A DNA stretch of 63,878 bases, the filler included, from Jimgerdemannia flammicorona (taxonomy: Eukaryota): NCBI GenBank assembly GCA_003990765.1. It is 2 parts of 2 records of this genome, joined end to end, with 100 filler letters (N's around TTAATTAATTAA, not from the genome) between each part and the next. Parts side by side here need not be neighbours in the genome. Positions count along the whole stretch, not along the records: positions 1 to 31,893 come from RBNJ01000374.1; 1 more part is not named here. The stretch is one strand, 5' to 3'. How positions within the stretch are numbered: the stretch's first letter is position 1; the number at the start of each line of letters is the position of its first letter. Made by a program: the position numbers and the translations under genes. Under the pieces are notes generated by a model that was not told where the DNA came from, searched no databases, and saw nothing but the letters and a program-made list of their open reading frames with translations. Below are positions 1 through 12,681 of the stretch, in pieces.

Positions 1-83
1 ACCTGTTGCACTGGGTAGGCAAGTAACGTGTTGGATGAAAGAAGCTCGATGAGAGAATGTATATTGATGTTTGTGTTTTGGCG

Positions 84-120
<37 letters not shown>

Positions 121-324
121 ATAAAAAAAAAATTAGCAAGTGGAATATTGTGCAGGGTGATCACGACATGCATCGTATGAACTGATACGGCATCTCACAA
201 TCACAGCAAAATTCATACGACAGGTGGAAGAACACTCATTGCCTTATTGTGCAAATCGCCATATGATGCCAATAAATTATCAACCATTGCTTTTAAGAGG
301 AAAAAAAAAAAAAATTGTACGTAC

Positions 325-1269
325 CCTATACTCCAGAGATCTACAGGTTTGCCGTATCCCTTGCGCAACATGATCTCAGGAGCTGTTACGAGATTGAGAA
401 TGCAAAGGACGGTCAGAATGACGTGTGCCTCATATGATGGGCGAACGCGGGACAAGGTAGAAGATGCAACCATAAATGTATCGAAGGTATCAAGCCGGCA
501 TGAAGCATACGTACCAACGTAACCGGGTGAACCACATAGGGTGGTCAAGGTTTGGCCATCGTCGGTCGTGAGCTTTGCAATACTTGTGAGGACGAAGAGG
601 ATGAGAGAGGGAGAGGGGGAGAGAGGGGACGGTCAGGTCGGAAGGTGTAGAAAAGAAGGGATAGGCCCACATTTAACGTCTTTTTATATACTTTACGTCC
701 CGGTGTAGCTACCAATGTGACAAAGGCAGTCATCACAAGGTGGCAATTACATGATGGCAATAAATAAAGTACTATTATAACAAACCCGAAATCGCAAATT
801 ATGAGCTCGGCATCCTCGCTTTCGTCCTTGTAAAGCAAGTTCTCCGGTTTCAGATCTACAGCCAAAAACAAGATAAAATAAATTCGTTGCAGGAAGTATA
901 TAAGCAGAGAGTTGAATCGGCATATAGCGAGACTTATTTCCGGGGGGTTTGGCACCAAGGCGAAAGAAACAAAATAACGTGATCCACCTCTGCCCCTGCG
1001 CTTGTCCATCCTTGTTCCGTCTCTCGCTCGCAAGTCATCATGGTTTCCCTATGCCAACGACTTACCGCGATGCACGATATGATGTTCATGCAGATATTTT
1101 ATTCCCTTTAGCACGGTGCTGACCAAGGTCACGGCGTCACGCTCAGTGAACTTGCCGCGCTCGCAGATGCGCTCGAAGAGCTCGCCACCTGTTGCACTGG
1201 GTAGGCAAGTAACGTGTTGGATGAAAGAAGCTCGATGAGAGAATGTATATTGATGTTTGTGTTTTGGCG

Positions 1270-1308
<39 letters not shown>

Positions 1309-1973
1309 CGGGAATAAGTGCAAACTTACAGCTCGAAGACGAGGTAGTATTTGTCTCTGTTGAAGATTATTCCGAAAGGAGAAAAATCCAGCAAAAATAG
1401 AATGATCATTAAAATTCTGGAACGCCCAAAATGTCTCTGTGCCACAGTTTTTGTCGACTTTTGGCGCATGGGTTCCTCCGAGACAATTGATAGATTATCT
1501 TTGAATATCCTCAATATCAAAAAAGCGAGTTTCTTGTGCCAAACCGTTAAGACAGGCTCCAAATTATAAGCATACCTTGACTCAAACCAGTCATAAAACG
1601 AGATCACGTTGGGGTGCGAAAGCCCCTCGAGCACTTTCATCTCCTTGTCGACCATGTCCTCATGACCTTTCACGTTCTTTTTTGGGATGATCTTAACAGC
1701 TACCTTCTGGCCCGTGGAGAGCCTAGTGGCTTCCTTGACGCTGCCAAACGTGCCAGAACCTACAAAGGATAGTTGGAAGGGCACCACACATCCAGAATGT
1801 AAGAAGGTGACATTACTCGAGAAGTTCGTGAAGAGGACACAAGAAAGCAAACGAGCCAACATACCGAGGGTCTTGCCCAGGTTGTAGTCCTTCTTCCGTT
1901 CATAGGTTGGTGGTTGCGCGACACCACCATGGACCAAGGTATCGAGAGCACCTTTGATACCGAATTTCGACAT
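325..1973 (-). CDS. Ca2+/calmodulin-dependent protein kinase (CaMK1/CMK-like), multi-exon, 3' part lies outside the window
   Basis: Spliced exons give MSKFGIKG...GKTLG/SGTFGSVK, VAVKII, HPNVISFYDWFES, YLVFEL/ATGGELFERI, IVHR/DLKPENLL, DFG, TLCGSPGYV/APE, GKPVDLWSIG, with GT-AG introns between them. ATG at 1973. Confidence 0.92.
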
Positions 1974-4848
1974 TGGTATGCTAGGGTGGTTGGTAGTGGG
2001 ATTGGGGAGTGGGCGGATGATGGGAAGTGTCACAAACGGAAGGATCCTCGCTTCGATCGAAGCCACAAAGCAAGCCACCAAACTCCGGAATATTTCCGGG
2101 ACGCATAACCTTCCTCATCCAGGACCTTCCGGGGCTGTGTGCGAAAGGGTCGGATCATAGCCCTGGGATCAATACATCGTAATCACTATCTCTCCCCGTC
2201 AAGTACGTGTTGAATCGTTGACTACGAAATCCATATTTAGATCTAGCCCGTGTGCCTTCATGTGAACGGGCATAACACAGGCAGAGTGTTTTATTGCAGT
2301 GTTGTCAGTATGCATCTGCTGGTCCGAACACGAGCATTGTGGTATGTGGAATCATTTTCTGATTGTCAAGCTTGTGTCCATTAATAAGCCATCAATAAAC
2401 CATCACCATCCATTTTTTGGCCCGACATCGATCTCATCGCTTTAATCTTGTTTCGAAGGTCATGACATTCATTACCCAATATACCTGGGAAACCACAACT
2501 TTCAACTTTGTCGATTCGGCATTTTAGATCTCAACACATTATCCTTCGCCTGGCCGGTGACTCGGAGATGTGGTCCTGTAATGGGGTGGCTGGTTGAATG
2601 AGAACCCAGGACATGCACCTCCTACCCAAGCCCCATCAAAGTCCTGATATAATAATACATTCAGTCAACCTCTCCTACTTCTACTCCCACAACTCACCCA
2701 AATCCTCTCTTCGTAATCCTTATAACGGACAGTCTGAGGTAGGTGTCCCCTGAAAATTGAGCAAACTTAATCTGGCTGCCCATGCGCAGAGCGGCAACGC
2801 GGGCCGCATCGTCATGCAATGAGTGGCCAGCCTCGACGGACTCGGAGAAAGTGGCTTTAAGCGGAGACTGCACGGAAGAGAAGTCGATGCGGTATTCGGT
2901 GGGAGCAGTGAAGCCGTGCTGTTCGATGAAAAAGCCAGAAGGTTAATATAACGCGGTCGACGGGTGGATGTAAGTAAATGCTTTATAAAGATTATATAGC
3001 AGATACGCAACACCTACCCTCTAAGTAAATCAATTACAAAACGTACTTGGAACGCTCCGGCTTCCTGATATCATCCCTTTTCGTCCTCGGGATTTCGTGC
3101 GGCTGACAGGCAAGTTGACGCTCAACTGCACGTCGACGTCGATTATCAAGGCGAAGCAAACGGCGAACTGCTCGCCGTACAAGCACGGTATGGAATGAAA
3201 AGAACACAGGGGCTCGAAGGTGTCAGATCCACGACCTCGTGGGCTGAACGTGTCAAGAGGATATGTAGTTCGACGTACCAACAGAAGTTCCGTGCAGTTC
3301 AATGCGTCCGCTTGGGTTGGCATCTTGTTTGTTTTTGCAATACTGCATTTTTGGCAATCGAAGCGAAAAGGTAAGCCCAGAAATAACAATATGTAATGTA
3401 AAGCATTTATAGATAGCTATTTGGGCCCTAGTGGCGTGCGGTTGTGGGATCCATTGTTTTGGAAGATGTGGGCGCATATCAGTTCCAGCAAAACCAGCAC
3501 AGTACTTTATTGAGTTAACACTATCTAAGAAAAAGCATAATGAAGCTGCGATCTTTCCAGCGATAACAAAAATAATAAATACAATTGCCAATAGCCAGTT
3601 TTTTTTCTCTTTTTGTTGTTGTAAACGAGTTCACAAAGATTCGCCTGCACGAACGTTTCCAAGGAGGCAAAATGGCAGGTGGTTGTTGCTGTAATTTATT
3701 AGGTATATACGTACTCTAACATCAGGTGGTTGCGTGATTGTTTTTTGTTTTGCCATTATGTTATTGTTCAGAATCGATTGGGTCTATGTATGTAAACCCT
3801 CCGGTCAGCCGACAAGACGGAAACCGGAAGTGTGTAGCGATAATCTGGATAGCATGGTAGTGTGACGCCGAGTAGGTAATACACGTCGAGTCTTATCCCT
3901 TCCGCAAAGGATCAATTCTACCAAATTACGACCAGGATTGACACCATTGGCTGCACGCACGTCGCTGATCGATCGCGAGGCGAGCTAGAGCTGCTCGCGA
4001 TAGGGTCTGGAAGCGCGTAAATGCGGAATAATGTTTTCCCGGTTCGAATGTATAATCATGTCTGCACGTGGAATGCGGGGAGTTTTTTGAAGGGTGTTGG
4101 TATTGGCACTGTTGCTCTTTTCCCATCGTACGGGTATGTTTTATTTATGGAAGGGCGCGAGGACGGGCGAGGACGGGCGAGGACGAGCTGTACGAGGACG
4201 CTCCTATATTTCGGGTTAAAACTATTACTGCTCTGTTGCTTACATTACTTACATTACACAGGGGGCTTTTGGAACTTTAACCTGTAGATAGCAACGGCTG
4301 TTGGTACAAAACCCAGAGGATTGGCCTCGCAAGCGCCCTTCCATCTCACCAATATCTATGATGAATGAGTGCATTGATCACCCTAAACACATCTCTTTTA
4401 TTTATATGGAGCCAGATTTGTGTTGCGACCAGTGTCGCTTAGAGCTTGTTCATCCTTGGCCTTGTGTGCTTTAGTGTAAACAAGCTCGCATGACGCGTCT
4501 ACATGGCTGAGCGAAGCAGATTAGAATCGAGTCGGAAATTCAATCTTTGTATATAATACAATCCGAATTTGAACAAATTTACTGCATTTGAGGCTAAATA
4601 TAAGAGAATGAATCATACAGTCCAGTAATCAATGGCGCGAGGCTTTTCGGAGAAAGCATCCTAACTCGTTTAGCTGGGTTTTTCATGCCGCAGTAGGGCT
4701 CCGTTGACAGGTTCACAAAGCCGCAAACATCCAATTAAGGAATTTATTCATTTTACGATAGCCCTATCGCTTGTGACTTTCAAAAGTATATATATCCCCC
4801 TTAACAATTTTCTTCTTTGTCCAAGTTTCTGCCGCCATTTTATTCAAC

Positions 4849-7800
4849 ATGCCGCAGTTACTTTCGTTCTGGGATATCATACCGCTTGTCGCTGTGATGG
4901 CTTCGTTTCTCTATTTGTGCGCAACGCCTTGCCTGAAGTTCTTCTCCCGCAGGACTGGTTACAGTTCCCTTCTGGATGCTGATGGGCTCGAGGGCAGGCA
5001 GAAACTTCTGGAGGAGAACGGCTTCACGAAACCAGCGCCCTTGGGTGTCCGTGCGAGATGGTGGGTTCTGTTGTTCCTTTCGTTTGCTCAACTGAGCGTG
5101 CTCGCGGTGTTGGTGGCCACGCATACTGTTGGAAGGGAGCATCACGATAGAAATCCAAGTAAAAGGAATCCAGAGTTAGCCTGGACCGAGTTTGTGGAGT
5201 TGCTGCCATGGGTAAACGTGCCTGATTTTGTATATGTCTTTTCTCGTCTGTTGCTTGCATGTTTACTGATATGCGCTCTCCACAGACATATGTCACTGTC
5301 CTCCAAGTCCTTCGCCTGTGCCACCAACTCCCGTACATGACGGTTCTCCACCATATACAACTTGTGATTTTGGCCGCAACCGCAGGGGCAATTGTCAAGC
5401 TCCAATACACCCTCAATGAAAATGTACCCGAGCCCGGACACCTGCCTCTTGACTTCGTTCTTGATGGCATTGTGAATACCGTTGTCGGCACCGTGGCCCT
5501 CCTCGTGGCCGCCACTATCCCCGCAGAATTGGACAAGGATTTGGTTGTCAAAACCGGCATAGGCTATTTTTCGGTTTGCGTCAAAGTTTATGAATTGCTC
5601 TAGTCTATTTATTCCGTTCTTTTGGTCGTTTTATTCATAACTGACCGTTTTCTCCGTTGCTTGACTTGAACAGGAGAAGCATAAGATGGGCGAGGAGGTG
5701 CGGTTTACATATATATATGACGGGTTGATTTACCTTTTCCGATTCATGCGCCCTGTTAAATTTGAATTACAAGCTTATATATCATATTGTTTGATCGCAC
5801 CCCATCAGGCAACCGCATCTGCGCTGTCGCACCTTACCTTCTCTTGGATGGATAAGCTTATATTTCAAGGTAACAAGAAGCCCCTCGAAAATGAAGATCT
5901 TCCGGAGTTACTTCCCAACATTAGGGCTCGCTACTCATGGAAAGAGTTCAAGATCACCAAGTACGTTACCATGGGGAAAACTGTGTTTTAAATCAAGCCT
6001 CCGTTGTTCCATGACAAAAAGTGCCCGTAAAATTATTGATTTCTTTTCTTTTTTAGGCCTGCTCTGGCTCTTGGTCGTCGAATTTTGGTATTCATCCTTC
6101 CCGATGTTGCCAAGTTCTCCTTTCTAGTCACCATACAGGTTTTCCTGGACTTCGTTACTCCCTATTTATTGCAAAAGCTACTCCAATACTTCCAAAACTC
6201 CGACACCATCCCGGTATCTCAAGCCTACGGCTACGTGGCCCTTATGCTAATCTCCCAGATTGGTACGACCCTTTTCCGCAGCCAGGTTTTCTACATTACG
6301 CGCCACATAGACGTTCATTTGCGAGCCGCGCTGAACGCCGAGATCTATGCTAAATCGCTCCGAATGCGCGACACGAGCGGCATGGTGGGCAAGAAGACGG
6401 CTGAGAGAGAGAGCCAGGCAGCTGAGGGAGAGAACAAGGCAGCTGAGGGAGAGAGCAAGAGCGACTCCCCCGAGAAGGCCCAACCCGCTAGCACGGGCAA
6501 AATTGTAAATCTCATGAGCGTCGATACGAACAGGGTGGCCAATTCCCCCAACTTTGCCCATATCTTCATCTCCGCCCCTTTGGCCATGGTGATCGGGATC
6601 GTCATGCTGTATAGGCTACTCGGATGGTCGGCTCTGCTGGGAATTGGTGTCATGGTCCGTATGAAGATTCTAACGTCTGGAATATGCTTTTATTGACCGA
6701 TAGTTCAATGATTATAGACGTTTATTCAATCGATTTTATGATTGCAGGCCGTCATGATGCCACTGAATCATGCTGCGACCCACTTATTCAAGAAGTATCA
6801 AATCGCGCTCATGAACGCCAGGGACGAGAGAGTGGCTGTGACAAATGAGGTAAGCTATAAGGGTTGCTCCCAAGATGTTTATCACTTTGTTAGATTCGAG
6901 CAACCGTCTTGACAAATCTGAACAATTTGCGTTATTAGTTCTTTCAATTTATCCGTATCATCAAGTTCGCTTCTTGGGAGAAGATGTTTGCGAAACGTGT
7001 ACTGAAATCTCGAGAGTTCGAACTCCAAAAACTCTTCATCAGTGCGTCCGATTCTTTTATCTTGCTCTTTTCACACTATTTTACTGCTGAAACTGTTTCT
7101 AAAAATCTCTTGTATCCTATCTCTATAGCATATCTCACGACCATCTCCTTTGATTTCATGTGGTACGGAGCACCCATCCTGATCACCATCATCGCTTTCT
7201 TCGCTTTCACCGTTCTACAGCACGGCGAGCTCGACGCACCGACGGCCTTCACCGCCATCCTGCTGTTCGATCGCCTCCAGTTCCCCATGACTGCTTTCCC
7301 CCAGGTTATTGTCCTCACCGTGAGCGGGACAGTCAGTTTGAACCGCATTGCCGATTTCCTCAACGAAGGCGAGATCGACATCCAGGCTCAGACACACACC
7401 GAGCGTGGGCCCGATGGAGAGCCATTGATCGGTTTCGAGGACGTTTCTGCCCAGTGGTTTGTCGACGCGAACAAGAACGATGCCGAGGGAGTGGACGCCA
7501 CGCGGTTTGCTCTGCGCGACATCAACGTCAAGTTCCCGTTGGACGAGCTGAGCATCATTTGTGGACCTACTGGCGCCGGCAAGTCGTCGTTGCTGAGTGC
7601 GTTGCTCGGCGAGATGGACATTATATCTGGAAAGGTACTGTTGCCAAGACTTCCGGTCGGCGCTAAGAAGATTGTCGACGTCAGGACTGGCCTTATCATG
7701 GACAGCGTCGCTTATGTCTCTCAGACGGCATGGTTGCAGAATGCCAGTATCAGGGACAACATCCTATTTGGGTCGCCGATGGAGCAAGATAGGTACGAAA

Positions 7801-10800
7801 AGGTCCTGGAGGCTTGCGCACTGAAGCGGGATTTGGAAATCTTTGACGATGGCGACATGACAGAGATTGGCGAAAAGGGCATCACCCTCTCTGGCGGACA
7901 AAAACAAAGGGTCAACCTCGCTCGTGCTGTGTACTCGCGTGCTCGACATGTTCTATTGGACGATTGCCTATCCGCGGTGGATGCGCACACAGCCAAATGG
8001 ATTTACGATAAATGCATAATGTCAAACTTGATGAAAGGTATTTGCTTACTCAAAAGTGTTTAATATTTATGGAGTATTGATCCTGGGATAATAGTAACTC
8101 ACCTTCTTTTTATGCCGCACACAGGTCGGACGCGAATCCTGGTCACCCACCACGTCGGGTTATGTCTTCCTGGAGCCAAATATCTTGTCAAGATTGACGG
8201 CGGTCGTCTAACAGTTAAAGGCGAAATCAGCGACCTGAAAGCTCGTGGAGAGTTAAAAGAGGTGTTGGAAGATGGTGACATTGATTCCATCGATCATGGC
8301 TCCAGCAGCTCGGAGACTCTTACCGAAGACGTCGTTGAAAATGTGTTGGATGAGGCTGGATCCAGCTCTTCCGATAGCACCAAACCCGCGAATGAGCCCA
8401 CCTCGGTTGCCACCAAGACAACTAGTACCCCGCGAAAGTTGGTGCAAGACGAAAAGAAGGAGGAGGGGCACGTCAAGTACAAGATTTATACGATGTACTT
8501 TTTCGCTGCTGGTGGATTTGCCTTCTGGGTTTCAGTCTTAGGCACGTTCCTTCTGACCCAGTTGCTAAACATCGCTGAAACTAACTGGTTGCGGTACTGG
8601 TCCAATGCTTACGGTGAAGGCGAAACGACCATTGGGAACATTACAGCCACCCCGTTTAACACTTTCACTACAGCTCCGGACTACCTCGGGAAGACGAACG
8701 ACTACACGATCTTCTCTCAAATGCCTGCTCATCGAATCCAAGCTGTTTTCGGGGCGCTTTCGACCGCCGCCCTCGGAGGCAATGATGTGAACGTGACCTA
8801 TTACCTTGGCATATACGCGACTCTTGCTCTCATCGGAGTTTTTACGCACTGCTTGCAATCGCTCTTTATTCTTACCGGGACAGTGAAGGCCGCTCGATCC
8901 TTCTACGAACAGTTGCTCAATGCCGTCATGAGGGCCCCAGTTCGGTTTTTTGATACCACACCAGTTGGACGGATCATGTCAAGATTCAGCAAGGTATGTG
9001 CTGTCATATACTTCCTTCTCCATGTTCGTGAATTACCGACATCGAAGAATCTGCCTTGCTAATCGCCAGTTATGCTATTCTAGGACTTTGAAGCCATTGA
9101 TAGCTCTTTGGCAATGGTTTGCTCGGCTTTCATTGATACTCTGCTCTCCTTGATCGCTATCATCGTAGTCATTAGCTTGGTGACGCCAGCCTTCCTGGTG
9201 GCTGCGGCTATTATCGGTAAGTTTTCGCATACTGATGCAAACTGCCGTTAAACAGACCCAAACTTCGAAAAATGATGTTAAATCCGATGATTCTTTTATT
9301 TCAGGTACTATTTTCCTGTTAATGGGAAAATTATATGTGACTTGTTCTCGAGATCTCAAGCGATTGGATTCAAATGCCAAGAGCCCGATTTATTCCCAGT
9401 TCGGCGAGGTGAGATTTGAACGCAAACATATTCGAGGGAAATTGCTTATTGCTTTTTGATCTTTATACATTTGTCTATGAACCGGTTTTCTTACTATGCC
9501 GCATTTCGTTTGCTTCTTTAATCGCAGACCATTGTGTAAGTTATAGTTATTTTCCATCGCTTTCACCGTTGGAAATGAATTGGACCTCTGTAATTTTGCT
9601 TGCCATGTATTGATTTACATCTTGTTCGTATTGCAACAGAGGTTTGACGACAATTCGAGCTTACGGGGAGCAAACCCGCTTCATGAACGAGATCCTGGAC
9701 AGGATCGATGGTGGAATTCGTCCTTATTGGTACCTGTGGAACGGGAACCGATGGCTCTCTACGTAAGTTGTCGCAGATTCCAGCATACTCGCCTTTTGCT
9801 CACACATGTCCTCTCTGAATCGCTGTCTTTCCCGCACGCAGCCGCTCCGACTCTATTGGCGCTTTCGTCGCTTTCTTTGCTGGAGTGTTCCTTCTTTTCA
9901 ACAAAGGCCACATTGACGCCGGTCTCGCCGGATTCACTATGTCATATGCGCTTCGATTTGTGGACTTGCTCAACTGGGTTCTCAGGTACCCATGACCTAC
10001 ATCACCATTGATTACGTGTTGAAACACTGCTATATATACGCCTTGCCATTGACAGCATATTCTCTCAATTCCCTCCAAAGGCAATACACCCAGGTTGAGA
10101 TGGATTTGAACGCCATCGAGCGCGTGAATGAATTTCTTATCATGCCTCGGGAACAGGTCGTAGGCTCCGTCAAACCGCCGGCGGCCTGGCCTGAGGCCGG
10201 TAAGATCGAGGTAAAGGATCTGGTGGTTCAATACGCCCCGGAACTCGAGAGGGTCATTCACGGGATCTCGCTTACTATCAATCCTCAGGAGAAAGTCGGC
10301 GTTGTTGGACGGTGAGCAATTCTATGCATTTCCGATTTTGGGTTTGGAGTTGATAGTTCATCCGACCTTAACGAATCCCCGCTCGAACGCAGCACCGGCT
10401 CCGGCAAATCGACTTTCGCCACCTCGCTCTTCCGCTTCGTGGATCCCACGGAGGGCAGCATTTCCATCGATGGCATCGACATCACTTCGCTAGGCGTGGA
10501 CGATCTACGGTCGCGGCTAACCATTATCCCGCAGGATCCTGTCCTTTTCTCTGGCACGATTCGCTTCAATTTGGATCCCTTCGAGGAGCACGAGGATTCA
10601 GAGCTGTGGGATTCCCTGCGCCGCGTCCATCTGGTCGACTCTCGCCCGGCCTCGCCAGACCAGGCCAGCGACGCCGAACCCGCCGCCGAGCACCCCCCGG
10701 GGAACCATGTACCTTTCGCGAGTCTCGACGCACAGGTTAGCGAGGGCGGCGGAAATTTCAGTCAGGGGCAGAGACAGTTGCTCTGTATGGCGAGGGCTTT

Positions 10801-11426
10801 GTTGAGAAACTCCAAGGTAGGTTGGTTTGAAGGGATTGTCTTCTTTTCCCTGACATCTGACGTTATTGACGTATCATTGTTAATTTCCTGAATATGTGAC
10901 GAATATTCTGTTATTTCTATAATAACAGATTATCGTCATGGATGAAGGTAAGAAAAAGCTTTTCCTCATTCATAAATCGAACTCCTATCCCGACTTTCAT
11001 GTGACATTCTGACCCATATCTGTTAAATTCCGATCCTTAGCGACCGCAAGCGTCGACTTCACCACCGACCAAAAGATCCAAACGACCATTCGTCAAGAGT
11101 TTGCCTCCTCCACCCTAGTCTGCATCGCGCATCGTCTGAGGACCGTCATCGACTACGACAGGATTCTCGTCTTGGGTGAGTTATCGCTTCTTTTTTGCAC
11201 ATTCAACCCGTTCTTCATCAATCGACATCCATTGAATTTAATATTTATATTGCATCCCCTCTTCGTAGACCACGGCAAGATTGCCGAGTTCGATACGCCC
11301 TACGCCCTCCTTTTCGGGCCTGAGAGCAAGACGTCCGTCTTTCGCGAAATGTGCGAGAAGTCAGGCGAGATGGAGATGTTGGCCGAGCTGGCAACGAAGC
11401 AGCACCTGAATAAGAGCGGGTTCTGA
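4849..11426 (+). CDS. ABCC/MRP-family full-size ABC transporter (Ybt1/Bpt1-like), many introns
   Basis: N-terminal TM extension and LTFSWM motif, then TMD1 ([10 protein letters not shown]). NBD1: [24 protein letters not shown]2: [13 protein letters not shown]2: [32 protein letters not shown]. Stop TGA at 11424-11426. Confidence 0.95.
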
Positions 11427-11638
11427 GGCGAGGGGTGGAGACTGTGAAGAGACATTTGGCTGATAGAAGCGATGGAGGCTGTGCTGTTAATGTACTGTGC
11501 CAGAACAACACCTTTGTGTTCTCATCAATTAAGAGTGGTTCATGTAGACAGCTCTGAAGGCCACTAAATTCATTTTATTAAAGTTGTTCCTCAGAAATCA
11601 ACTTTGATACGGTTCATCACTGACTACAACATCGCGCG

Positions 11639-12575
11639 TCACCTCTTGGCGTACATGACCCGCATCGCTCGGGTTGAAGCCAGGGTACCTGCAGTTCGCA
11701 TAGATAAGGGAATAAAAAGGGGAAACGAGTGAAGAGATCGCTCTGCGAGCCGAGCTGTGATAAGGACAAAGACGAAAGCATATAAACCATACTGCCGAAA
11801 GAGATAGCTCAACATCTCCGTGACATCGGCGACCAGATTCTGCAAAAACAGAATTCTGTTTGGTGGCTCTTCGACCGTATCGGTGTCCATCACTCACCAT
11901 CTTCTGAGCATACGTATATTGTCGAGCCAGATTAGAATGTAAGCAGCCGCTAAATATTGAGAACAATCATCGACGCATACACTACCCTGCTCCTCTTTGT
12001 CCTCCTCCTCCTTCCGTCTACCCTGCCCACGTGTATCCGGCTCCGCGTCCTCATCGTCCCACCCGCGCTTCTGGCTACCAAGGAACAGCATCGCTGCCGG
12101 TACCGAAGTCTTGGCGCACTTCGCGTCGTCGGCCAGACCGGCCTTCTTCCAGGTGCTGTCAAGCTTGGTCACGGCGTCGGATTTCACCTTGGCATACTCG
12201 ATTTTCTGAAAGGAAAGGAAAGGGGACGAGACATCTCGTGCGGTCTTGAGTCTCCAAGAAAAATACGTACATCTTCGAAAATTGCCAAATGTTGCCGTGT
12301 TCGTGAGTGCCTCAAACAAACTTAAATGTGGTTCCCTCGAAAAAGATCATCGTGCTTATCATGGGTTTATCGTAGAATACGGCAGTGGCACTCGTGATTT
12401 CCCGAAAGACGATCCAAGCCTGACCGTGCATCCGGATCGTTTTCAGGGCAACGATATCCAAGATGCGACCATAGGCGGAGAAGAGTGCATAGACTGATCT
12501 TTTGAGTTCTTCTTTCTTAATCTTCTCGGAAAGATTCCTAATGTATATGGTCTGGTTGGGAGGGATGCTGGCCAT
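11639..12575 (-). pseudogene. U1A/U2B''-family two-RRM snRNP protein, probably a pseudogene
   Basis: Reads [33 protein letters not shown]...HGQAWIVF...FYDKPM/KIEYAKVKSD, and RRM2 PPNRILFLQNL...YPGF...MRVMYAKR. Both RRMs carry internal deletions, and the first intron begins AT instead of GT. Confidence 0.8.
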
Positions 12576-12681
12576 CACAATATTTCCGGTGAAAGATTCA
12601 ATATCGTGGCGTTTATTTGTATATATATCATCATTTTTATTCAATATCGATCAACATTCTCTGTTCTATCCGACATCCGCC

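Noticed and set aside
1..119. Exact copy of 1187-1271 plus poly(A) at the window start
   Set aside because: An identical 85-bp piece joined through a long homopolymer at a sequence edge is most simply a mis-assembly between two poly(A)-containing introns.
2720..4290. Short ORFs and a GCGAGGACGG microrepeat between CaMK and the ABC gene
   Set aside because: No recognisable domain or consistent exon structure; treated as divergent intergenic DNA.
6400..6460. 21-bp x3 repeat in the ABC transporter (AEGExKA)
   Set aside because: Ordinary in-frame expansion in a variable cytosolic loop.
12206..12359. Possible U12 (AT-AC) intron in the snRNP gene
   Set aside because: The donor is ATAAGC, not ATATCCT, and the acceptor is AG; better explained as a mutated GTAAGC donor.
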